Assembly: GCA_035290465.1 (NCBI GenBank) | Contig: DATDUI010000076.1 | Location: 1-13,343, forward strand | From: Candidatus Nanoarchaeia archaeon | Lineage (GTDB): Archaea; Nanobdellota; Nanobdellia; Pacearchaeales; GW2011-AR1 | DNA: 13,343 bases | Direction of reading: 5' to 3' | Shown: positions 1 to 7,141 of the stretch, one piece after another | How the letters are laid out: each line of letters opens with the position of its first letter | How positions within the stretch are numbered: the stretch's first letter is position 1 | Translations under genes and position numbers: made by a program | The notes under the pieces: generated by a model | Database searches by the model: none | What the model saw: only the letters and a program-made list of their open reading frames with translations | What the model was told of the DNA's origin: nothing

Positions 1-114
1 ATTCTGTGGAGATTGCAGAATAGGGTTAATTATTATGTTTTTAAGAGATATTTGAAATTTTTAGAGTACCAGTTTTACCCTGAAAAAATAAAGAGACTGA
101 TTAACCCGCCATAG
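1..114 (+). CDS. Possible 3' end of an upstream CDS (partial, function unknown)
   Basis: Frame 1 is open from the window edge for 37 codons (ILWRLQNRVNYYVFKRYLKFLEYQFYPEKIKRLINPP) and ends at TAG 112-114. An open frame of that length is uncommon in such AT-rich DNA. No recognisable motif. Confidence 0.25.
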   Translation: MLWRLQNRVNYYVFKRYLKFLEYQFYPEKIKRLINPP

Positions 115-244
115 TCCTTTATAAATATCGGAGATACTGAAATCACAATAAAATTTAAATAGTCCAAACATCTTAAAAATATTAGTTAAACAATTCTATT
201 AAATTATCCAAAATATTTTTAAGGATAATAACACAACAATTAAC

Positions 245-2029
245 ATGATAACAAGAAAAGAATTAATAAATGAATATATTGAATTTTTTAAAGAAAAAGG
301 ACACCAAGAAATCCCTTCAGCTTCATTAGTTCCTGAAAATGACCCAACAGTTTTATTTACTACAGCAGGAATGCATCCTTTAGTCCCTTATTTACTTGGA
401 GAAAAACATCCTCTAGGAAAACGTATTGTAGATGTTCAAAAATGCATAAGAACAGGGGATATTGAAGAAGTAGGCGATACAACCCATCATACATTCTTTG
501 AAATGCTAGGCAATTGGTCAATGGGCGATTATTTTAAAAAAGAAGCAATTGAATGGAGTTTTGAATTTTTAACAAAAGTACTAAACATACCAATAGAAAG
601 ATTAGCAGTTTCAGTATTTGGAGGAGATAATAGAGAATCAAAAGTTCCAATTGATAATGAAGCAACCCAAATTTGGAAAAACATTGGAATTCCAAAAGAA
701 AGAATTGCATTAATAAAAGGAGGTATTTATGAAAGTGAAAATAATTGGTGGGGACCAGCAGGAACAACAGGACCATGTGGACCCGACACTGAAATGTTTT
801 ATTGGAAATTAAATAACATTCCCGCTCCAAGAATATTTAACCCTGAAGATAACAATTGGGTAGAAATTTGGAATGACGTATTAATGCAATATAACAAAGA
901 TTCAAAAGGAAATTATAACAAAGCACAACAAAAAAATATTGACACAGGAATGGGAGTAGAAAGAACCGTTGCAATTTTAAACAAATTAGAAGATAATTAT
1001 CTTACTTCAATGTGGAAACCAATAATAGAAGAAATTGAAAAACTTTCAAATAAAAAATATAAAAATTATCAAAAAGAAATGCGAATAATTGCAGACCATA
1101 TTAAAGCATCAGTTTTCATCATCTCCGACGGAGTAACCCCATCTAATACATTAAGAGGATATGTTTTACGTAGATTAATACGTAGAGCAATAAGACTCTC
1201 AAAAAAAATTGGAATTGAAAAAAAACAAGATTTAATAACACCAATCGTAGAAAAAATAATCAACATTTATTCAGATACTTACCAAGAATTAAAAATTAAT
1301 AAGCAAAAAATAATCGAAGAATTAAATAAAGAAGCAGAAAAATTTGAAAACACATTAGATAACGGATTAAAAGAATTTCAAAAAATGATTGACAAAGATA
1401 ACCAAATAACAGCAAAAGATGCATTCCTTTTATTTCAAAGTTATGGTTTTCCAATTGAAATGACTTCTGAATTAGCAAATGAAAAAGGAGTTAAAATTGA
1501 TATTGAAGGCTTTAACAATGAATTAAAAAAACATCAGGAATTATCAAAAACTCTCTCAGCAGGAACATTCAAATCAGGATTAGCAGATAACTCAATTGCA
1601 ACAACTAAACTTCACACAGCAGCACATTTACTCTTAGCTGCAATAAGAATGGAATTGAAAAATGATTCAATAATGCAAAAAGGTTCAAATATAACCTCAG
1701 AAAGATTAAGACTGGATTTTAATTTTGATAGAAAATTAACAAAAGAAGAACTTGAAAGAATAGAAGATAGAGTTAATGCAGAAATTCAAAAATCATGTGA
1801 AGTTATCCGTGAAGAAATGAGTCCGGAAGAAGCGTTTAAACAAGGAGCTATTGGAGCCTTCGAACATAAATATGGTTCATGTATAACAGTTTATAGAATA
1901 GACGGATTCTCAAAAGAAATATGTGCAGGACCCCATGTTAAAAATACTTGTGAACTCGGTAAATTTAAAATTCAAAAAGAAGAAGCATCAAGTTCAGGAA
2001 TAAGAAGAATTAAAGCGATATTAAAATGA
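245..2029 (+). CDS. alaS: Alanyl-tRNA synthetase, bacterial-type, short form lacking the C-Ala domain
   Basis: The N-terminus FFKEKGHQEIPSASLVPENDPTVLFTTAGM and WGPAGTTGPCGPDTEMFY are hallmark AlaRS class II core motifs. The editing domain carries HTAAHLL (HxxxH) and CAGPHV. The ORF stops at GIRRIKAILK, immediately after the editing domain. A TATA-like atattttta lies about 30 nt upstream of the ATG. Confidence 0.95.
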   Translation: MITRKELINEYIEFFKEKGHQEIPSASLVPENDPTVLFTTAGMHPLVPYLLGEKHPLGKRIVDVQKCIRTGDIEEVGDTTHHTFFEMLGNWSMGDYFKKEAIEWSFEFLTKVLNIPIERLAVSVFGGDNRESKVPIDNEATQIWKNIGIPKERIALIKGGIYESENNWWGPAGTTGPCGPDTEMFYWKLNNIPAPRIFNPEDNNWVEIWNDVLMQYNKDSKGNYNKAQQKNIDTGMGVERTVAILNKLEDNYLTSMWKPIIEEIEKLSNKKYKNYQKEMRIIADHIKASVFIISDGVTPSNTLRGYVLRRLIRRAIRLSKKIGIEKKQDLITPIVEKIINIYSDTYQELKINKQKIIEELNKEAEKFENTLDNGLKEFQKMIDKDNQITAKDAFLLFQSYGFPIEMTSELANEKGVKIDIEGFNNELKKHQELSKTLSAGTFKSGLADNSIATTKLHTAAHLLLAAIRMELKNDSIMQKGSNITSERLRLDFNFDRKLTKEELERIEDRVNAEIQKSCEVIREEMSPEEAFKQGAIGAFEHKYGSCITVYRIDGFSKEICAGPHVKNTCELGKFKIQKEEASSSGIRRIKAILK

Positions 2030-2220
2030 AATATCAAAATATAAAAAATCAAAAAGAAGACAAACAAATATTAGGTTATTCTATAGCAAGTGCATTATCA
2101 GGAATTATGGACACAAGAGGAATGAAACTTTATCAAAAACCTTCATCAACGCCTCCAAAAATATCTAAAATAGAATTAAAATTATTTGAAGAAGCATTAA
2201 GAATAGCAGCTAAAAAATAA
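2026..2220 (+). CDS. Hypothetical 64-aa protein, start overlaps the alaS stop (ATGA)
   Basis: ORF from the track. ATG 2026-2028 overlaps TGA 2027-2029 of alaS, a typical translational-coupling arrangement. No recognisable motif and the composition is basic. Confidence 0.35.
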   Translation: MKYQNIKNQKEDKQILGYSIASALSGIMDTRGMKLYQKPSSTPPKISKIELKLFEEALRIAAKK

Positions 2221-2360
2221 AGATAAAAACTATTTCTTTTTATTCAACACATCAAAAGGATTACAACCAATTTCCCATAATAATTGAGTCATTTTATCTC
2301 TAGAATCATAATTAATCTTTCCATTCATACCAGCATAACCAGTAAAATTTTTTAGATAAT

Positions 2361-3389
2361 TTAAAGATTATAACGTTCCTCAATATGATATTTTTCATTA
2401 AGTTTATTTAACTTAAACTCTTCCCAACGATTAATTCTTCCATCCTTGAAACTCTCTCGAATTTTAGCAAAATATTTACTATCAGAATATTCATAAAGAT
2501 TATAACCTAAAGAATTGCCTTCAGAAATAAAAAGAATTTGAGGTTGAGATAAAAGTTTTATACCCCCAAAATATTCAATTTCTTCATCAGTAATAATCGA
2601 CGAACCCCCGGTCTCAATAAAGCAATAACCAGTATTTTTAACAGAATATTTATCCGGACATTTCACACCAACAGCTTCATGATTTTCTAAAAGGTAATAA
2701 AAAATAACTGTTTCATATCCTAATTCCTTCAACAAAAATGCAAGTAATGCAGACTTTTCCCCACAAATACCTTCTTGATCATATAACACTTCATAAGAAT
2801 ACCGAGAATATTCTAAGGTATAAGAACCAAAACGGGTTGTCTTATTTGAAAAACCAAACGGAATTTTTTGAACTAAACTAACAGCAATCCTAAATTGGTC
2901 ATCTTTATCATTAGTAATATTTTGAATTTTAGCAACCAAAGGCAAAAGTAATTTTCTTTGTTCAGCTTCATTAATATTAAGCATTTTAAATTCTTCTCTT
3001 AAAGGACGATCATCACCCTTGTAAAATAAACTTCTGGGCAATTCAAATAAATAATCAGCCATTTCATCATAAACTAAAAAATCAATAAAACCATCTTCAC
3101 CCCTTAAAGTATAATTTAATCTAATCAATTTTGATCCAAGGAGGGTATCATATTCACAATGATTTTCAACAACAATAAAATCCTCCGGACAACCGCAATA
3201 ATTAGCTTCAGTAACTAAAGTCCCTTCATAACAATAAAAAGGTTTAATATTTGAACAAGATTCATAAGGAGTTTCATCACCGCAAGTAAATAATTTGACA
3301 TAAACCTCCTGTTTAATCGAAGGATAAGTAACTAACACCAAACTAATTAAAACAGCAAAGACTAAAATGATTGCACCCCTAAATATCAT
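2361..3389 (-). CDS. Membrane-anchored Cys-rich transglutaminase-like (papain-fold) cysteine protease/transglutaminase
   Basis: An N-terminal hydrophobic helix (AIILVFAVLISLVLV) is followed by a 7-Cys module (CGDETPYESCSNIKPFYCYEGTLVTEANYCGCPEDFIVVENHC). The core looks transglutaminase-like: QEGICGEKSALLAFLLKELGY (nucleophile Cys), then ENHEAVGV (His), then CFIETGG/ITDEE (acidic residue). A TATA-like box lies about 30 nt upstream of the ATG at 3389. Confidence 0.7.
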   Translation of the reverse strand: MIFRGAIILVFAVLISLVLVTYPSIKQEVYVKLFTCGDETPYESCSNIKPFYCYEGTLVTEANYCGCPEDFIVVENHCEYDTLLGSKLIRLNYTLRGEDGFIDFLVYDEMADYLFELPRSLFYKGDDRPLREEFKMLNINEAEQRKLLLPLVAKIQNITNDKDDQFRIAVSLVQKIPFGFSNKTTRFGSYTLEYSRYSYEVLYDQEGICGEKSALLAFLLKELGYETVIFYYLLENHEAVGVKCPDKYSVKNTGYCFIETGGSSIITDEEIEYFGGIKLLSQPQILFISEGNSLGYNLYEYSDSKYFAKIRESFKDGRINRWEEFKLNKLNEKYHIEERYNL

Positions 3390-3525
3390 AAAAATAATGA
3401 AGTAAAAATATTATAAAAAGCTATCCCTAAATGCCGGAAAGAATATTTTTTAATTTTCTTTTGTTTAAACACTACAAATTCAGAAGAACAACAATATTTA
3501 TATAACAATAATAAAAGATTCAATT

Positions 3526-4458
3526 ATGCAAAAATATCAGGAACAAATAATACAGATAAATAAAGAAAGACTTACACAGGTATGCCTTAAATCATATCAG
3601 GCATTTATAAATAAAGAAAAAATTTTCAAAACAAAAAGGGAAGAGGTTTTACCTCAATTTAATCTTCCGAAAGATTTAGAAAAAAATCCAAAAGAAACAG
3701 CTAACTATTTATTTATTTTAGCGTTAATGGAAAGAAAATCTTTAACCAGAATTAATATTAGAAACGGCAGGAAAACATGGGAAGATCCGCAAACAAAATG
3801 GATATTTACTCCTGAAAAATCTGTTAAAAATTTAGAGAAAGTAACTCAAATTTGTCAGGAAAATCTACAATATATGCTAAACGATTTTCCAAAAAATTAT
3901 GTAAAAAATATGCAATTATTATTAGAAAAATATAACGGAGATTCAAGGAATATCATTCATAAACAAAGCATAGAACAAGCAAGAAAAAATTTAATGGAAT
4001 TTTACGGAATTGGAACAGGTATTGCTAATTTATTCATTAACTATCTAACAGATATTAATTTAATATGCACATTAAATCCATTAGAAGCAAGGGTAAAAGT
4101 TGACGTACATAAGGCAAGGATACCCATTAATACTAACTGTATTACCGGACAAGACGAATACAGAAGAGACATAATAACAAAACCATTAGAAGAGATGTAT
4201 TTACAAATTTGCAAAGAACAAAAACTAAATGCACAAATATTAGATACTGCCCCATGGATTATAGGATCAGAAATTTGCACAAAAAGAAATTATAATAGAT
4301 GTCTGCAAGATTGCCCAATAGAAAAATTATGTATTTCATGTGTGAAAGAAAATGACAAGACTGGAAAAATAATAGTTAATGAATTAAAAAGAGATGGTAA
4401 AACATATAGAGTTGAAACAAGAAAACATGCAAGACAACTACAATTATTTAAATTTTAA
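3526..4458 (+). CDS. HhH-GPD superfamily DNA glycosylase-like protein with a C-terminal Fe-S cluster loop (EndoIII/MutY-like, Lys-less HhH)
   Basis: The helix-hairpin-helix FYGIGTGIANLF is followed by VDVHKARI (compare EndoIII VDTHIFRV, catalytic Asp). The four-Cys cluster is C-TKRNYNR-C-LQD-C-PIEKL-C, close to the EndoIII C-X6-C-X2-C-X5-C loop. The EndoIII Lys position in GxGxK is Gly here. A TATA-like tttatata lies 29 nt upstream of the ATG. Confidence 0.7.
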   Translation: MQKYQEQIIQINKERLTQVCLKSYQAFINKEKIFKTKREEVLPQFNLPKDLEKNPKETANYLFILALMERKSLTRINIRNGRKTWEDPQTKWIFTPEKSVKNLEKVTQICQENLQYMLNDFPKNYVKNMQLLLEKYNGDSRNIIHKQSIEQARKNLMEFYGIGTGIANLFINYLTDINLICTLNPLEARVKVDVHKARIPINTNCITGQDEYRRDIITKPLEEMYLQICKEQKLNAQILDTAPWIIGSEICTKRNYNRCLQDCPIEKLCISCVKENDKTGKIIVNELKRDGKTYRVETRKHARQLQLFKF

Positions 4459-4459
4459 T

Positions 4460-5248
4460 CTAAAGAATATTAGCATAAGGTAAATAATTAATAATTTCAC
4501 ATTCTTTAAATAAATTTATTTGTCTTAAACTTCCCCTATTTGCACCTCTCCACCAAAGTAAAGAATCAACTAAAGCTAAATTAACTTTCTTATTATCTAA
4601 CAAAAATCTTTCATCATAAGAAAAAAAATTTTTAGCATCTTCTTCAATTCTAATATAATCTTTATTATTAGGAGTTTTTCTAACTTTTTGATTACCACTC
4701 AATCTAGGTTTAGAAATAAAATAACTTTCATTTATACTTAAACCGAAACAACTTAAATTTTTCATAACATGTACATCAAGAGCCAATAAATTAGTACCCC
4801 CAAGACAAATATGCCAAAAAGAAAAAGTTTTATTGCTAACCCATTTAACATTCTTACAATACTCCGCTCTTATAACTGAATCCGCATTAAGAATATCCTC
4901 ATACCATAAACCATTTTGTTTTTCAAAATAATCTAAAGGAGCATCAAATCTGTCTTGATGATGAAATCTCCATCCATTTTCCTTAGCAATTTTATTTACT
5001 AATTTTTTATCATTTAAAACATCTAAAGAAGCATATTTTTTTAGAGCATTAAAATCATCAGGATAAGATTTTTGTCTTAAATCATAAATAAACTTACTTG
5101 CAGGTTCCCAAGCCCAAGCCTGACTAGCAATACAAAAAAGTAAAGACTCCAAAGCCCCTTCACTGGTTAAAGGTTTAACTACATGTGCATTTAAAACATT
5201 TTTTGCTTTTTCAATTTCCCAATCAGATATCTCTTCAATCATATTCAA
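4460..5248 (-). CDS. Ogg2/AGOG-like HhH-GPD N-glycosylase/DNA lyase homologue (divergent)
   Basis: The sequence is collinear, from my memory of it, with the archaeal Ogg2 layout. Matching segments are LLFCIASQAWAWE (FCILTANF-like helix), NGWRFHHQ (GHRFY-like), VSNKTFSFWHICLGGTNLLALDVHVMKNL (GIGYKEASHFLRNVG...IIDRHIL-like, with Lys and Asp 18 residues apart) and LVDSLLWW near the C-terminus. The track start at 5248 is a TTG. The first ATG is at 5240-5242 (third codon), 2 nt after the upstream gene's stop. Confidence 0.65.
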   Translation of the reverse strand: MNMIEEISDWEIEKAKNVLNAHVVKPLTSEGALESLLFCIASQAWAWEPASKFIYDLRQKSYPDDFNALKKYASLDVLNDKKLVNKIAKENGWRFHHQDRFDAPLDYFEKQNGLWYEDILNADSVIRAEYCKNVKWVSNKTFSFWHICLGGTNLLALDVHVMKNLSCFGLSINESYFISKPRLSGNQKVRKTPNNKDYIRIEEDAKNFFSYDERFLLDNKKVNLALVDSLLWWRGANRGSLRQINLFKECEIINYLPYANIL

Positions 5249-5766
5249 AAATGAGGATTTTTTTCATCCCAAGATTTAAATTCAAAATCATCATAACCTA
5301 AAACTTTTTTCATTTCTTCTTCATTATCTTTAAAACTTTCCCTATACCTTTGTGCAATATCTAATAAATAAGGAGAATGTTTTGATTTAGAAGTTCTTTT
5401 TTTAATCATATGATTCAAAACAGAAATAATATCACTTCTTTTCAAATTAGTCTGAGGATTTTTTCTAAATCTTCTTTTAATTTTTTTACCATCGATTTTA
5501 CTGATTTTATATTCTGGTTTAGTATGCATTTTGCATAATTCACAATACCATTCAACATTTGAACTACTTTTCGATCTTATACCACATCCATCTTGAAAAT
5601 ATCTATCCATATATTTTTCCTTATCCGGAAACACTTTTTCAACTTCAAGCTTATTTTCTAATAAATCATAAAGCATTAATTCAAGGGGTAAAACATATTT
5701 TTCTGAAAATTCAACTCTTTCTCTTTCATTAAATAAATCATACCAATCAATAATTTCATCAATCAT
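5245..5766 (-). CDS. Hypothetical 173-aa basic protein with a C-X13-C-X2-C-X2-H motif, coupled to the Ogg2-like gene
   Basis: ORF from the track with ATG at 5764-5766 and a TATA-like tttaaaa 28 nt upstream. The stop (5245-5247) abuts or overlaps the start of the downstream glycosylase gene. It contains DGCGIRSKSSSNVEWYCELCKMH and a Lys/Arg-rich segment (KKIKRRFRKNPQTNLKR). No family recognised. Confidence 0.6.
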   Translation of the reverse strand: MIDEIIDWYDLFNERERVEFSEKYVLPLELMLYDLLENKLEVEKVFPDKEKYMDRYFQDGCGIRSKSSSNVEWYCELCKMHTKPEYKISKIDGKKIKRRFRKNPQTNLKRSDIISVLNHMIKKRTSKSKHSPYLLDIAQRYRESFKDNEEEMKKVLGYDDFEFKSWDEKNPHF

Positions 5767-5889
5767 AAAAATTTAATAAAAAATTAGTTTAAAAGGATTA
5801 TCACATTCCAGATGAAAAGAAAATTATGAAAACATACTTAATCTAAAACTTAATAAATTAATTTATTTTATTTTCTAAAAGAGGCAAAA

Positions 5890-6561
5890 ATGTCAAAACA
5901 ATTTTTTAAAAAGATCCCCAAACTTCCGTTATCAGCATTAATATTTTATGTAAGCATTGTAATTTTATGGAAGTTTAAATATATCCCCAGTCCAAGTAAT
6001 ATTCTTTTACTTTTAGAAAATCTTTATATCTCTTATGGTTTGATTGGACTTTTCATCGCCTCATTTTTAGAAGGAATTGTTTATTTTGGGTTGTATTTTC
6101 CTGGTTCTTTTGTTGTTGCTCTTGCGGTCATTCTTTCTAATGGAACTTTCAAATCGCTTTTTTCAATTAGTTTAATCGTAGCAATTGCATTAACCATAAC
6201 TTCTTTAATCAATTATACTTTGGGTAAAAAAATACTGGCTAATAGATTAAATCGAAAATTGTTAGCAGAACAAAAAACAATATTTTCTAAAGACTTTTTA
6301 GTTTCCATGCTCCACCCGAATATTCTTGCTTTTTATTTTTTCAATTCAGGGATAAAAAAACAAAATTTATTGAAAGTTCTTTTAGTCCCTTTAATCATGA
6401 TTCCATATGGCCTTGCATTAGGTTATCTTTTTTACTCAATAAAAGACCCGTTAAGAACAGCAATTGAAAGCCCTTACATTATGGTTTCAATTATTTTATT
6501 TTGGATCTTGCTTACTTTCCTTTTAGAAAACATCAATAAGAAACACATCTTTTCTCCATAA
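5890..6561 (+). CDS. DedA/VTT-domain-like polytopic membrane protein
   Basis: There are multiple hydrophobic helices. FIASFLEGIVYFGLYFPGSFVVALAV resembles the DedA signature (E-x8-P-G-[DES]). The size (223 aa) is typical for the family. Confidence 0.55.
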   Translation: MSKQFFKKIPKLPLSALIFYVSIVILWKFKYIPSPSNILLLLENLYISYGLIGLFIASFLEGIVYFGLYFPGSFVVALAVILSNGTFKSLFSISLIVAIALTITSLINYTLGKKILANRLNRKLLAEQKTIFSKDFLVSMLHPNILAFYFFNSGIKKQNLLKVLLVPLIMIPYGLALGYLFYSIKDPLRTAIESPYIMVSIILFWILLTFLLENINKKHIFSP

Positions 6562-6653
6562 ATTTAAACACATTTACACAGTTTAAATTCAGCATAAAAA
6601 GATATTTTTCGAGTTGAAGGAACATTAAAAAACTTGTTTTTTCTTGTTATTAT

Positions 6654-6875
6654 ATGGTTGTTGAAGAAGTTGCAAATTTATCTACAGATGTTTTACTTGA
6701 ATTAGGTAAGATTGGATTATGGTTGCAAACTTTGGGTGTTATTATTTTATTTTGGTTGATTGTTCAAATAATCACTTTAATTATGAATCGTAAAAAAAGA
6801 AAAACTATTGATTCAATGAAAGAAGATTTAATTCGAATTGAAAAAAAATTAGATAAATTATGTAGAAAAAAATAA
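6654..6875 (+). CDS. Small single-pass membrane protein with a charged coiled-coil-like tail (unknown function)
   Basis: A TM helix (IGLWLQTLGVIILFWLIVQIITLIM) is followed by RKKRK and KEDLIRIEKKLDKL. A TATA-like attaaaaa lies about 30 nt upstream. Confidence 0.45.
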   Translation: MVVEEVANLSTDVLLELGKIGLWLQTLGVIILFWLIVQIITLIMNRKKRKTIDSMKEDLIRIEKKLDKLCRKK

Positions 6876-6885
6876 TTTTAGAGAT

Positions 6886-7095
6886 TTATTTCTCTTGTAT
6901 AATCTTAGGCTTGTTGACTCTTTCTTGTTTTTTTATTGTTACTAAAAGTCCTGCCATTTGGTTTCTTATTTTTTTACTTGGCATTGTATCACTTAATATT
7001 TTTTTATTATCATTAAAATTTTCAGTAAATCCTATACCTTCTTCTATAAATTTTTTAGCAGTTCTTCTAATTAATTTAGATTTTATCTTTCCCAT
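6886..7095 (-). CDS. rps17e: 30S ribosomal protein S17e
   Basis: MGKIKSKLIRRTAKKFIEE...FNDNKKIL...SKKIRNQMAGLL matches the archaeal/eukaryotic S17e pattern (MG.IR...IKR.A..L......F..NK......SK..RN.IAGY). The size is about 65-70 aa. A TATA-like tttaaata lies 29 nt upstream. Confidence 0.9.
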   Translation of the reverse strand: MGKIKSKLIRRTAKKFIEEGIGFTENFNDNKKILSDTMPSKKIRNQMAGLLVTIKKQERVNKPKIIQEK

Positions 7096-7141
7096 GTTCT
7101 ATTCTTTATTTCTTATTATTTAAAGCTTTTGGATAAAAAAA

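Noticed and set aside
1-21. Inverted repeat attctg-N9-cagaat at the window edge
   Set aside because: It is only a 6-bp AT-rich stem, lies inside a possibly coding frame, and is truncated by the window. That is not enough to call a terminator or binding site.
117-126. cTTTATAAAt box identical in core to the lipoprotein promoters, about 125 nt upstream of alaS
   Set aside because: There is no ATG anywhere between about 147 and 245, and a better-spaced TATA-like box for alaS exists at about 213-221. TTTATAAA is expected by chance in DNA this AT-rich. It could mark a small ncRNA or a long leader, but there is no supporting structure.
534-1478. Minus-strand ORFs 534-830, 1069-1266 and 1296-1478 from the track
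   Set aside because: They lie entirely antisense within the well-supported alaS CDS. Their translations are low-complexity and rich in L/F/I, typical of the reverse complement of K/E/N-rich AT-rich coding DNA. There are no motifs and no TATA-like box at the right spacing.
4041-4280. Minus-strand 79-aa ORF
   Set aside because: It is antisense inside the HhH-GPD/Fe-S gene, which has clear motifs in this very region (VDVHKARI).
6911-7123. Plus-strand 70-aa hydrophobic ORF
   Set aside because: It is the mirror image of the rps17e CDS, whose identity is unambiguous. The hydrophobic look is an artefact of the complement of Lys-rich codons.
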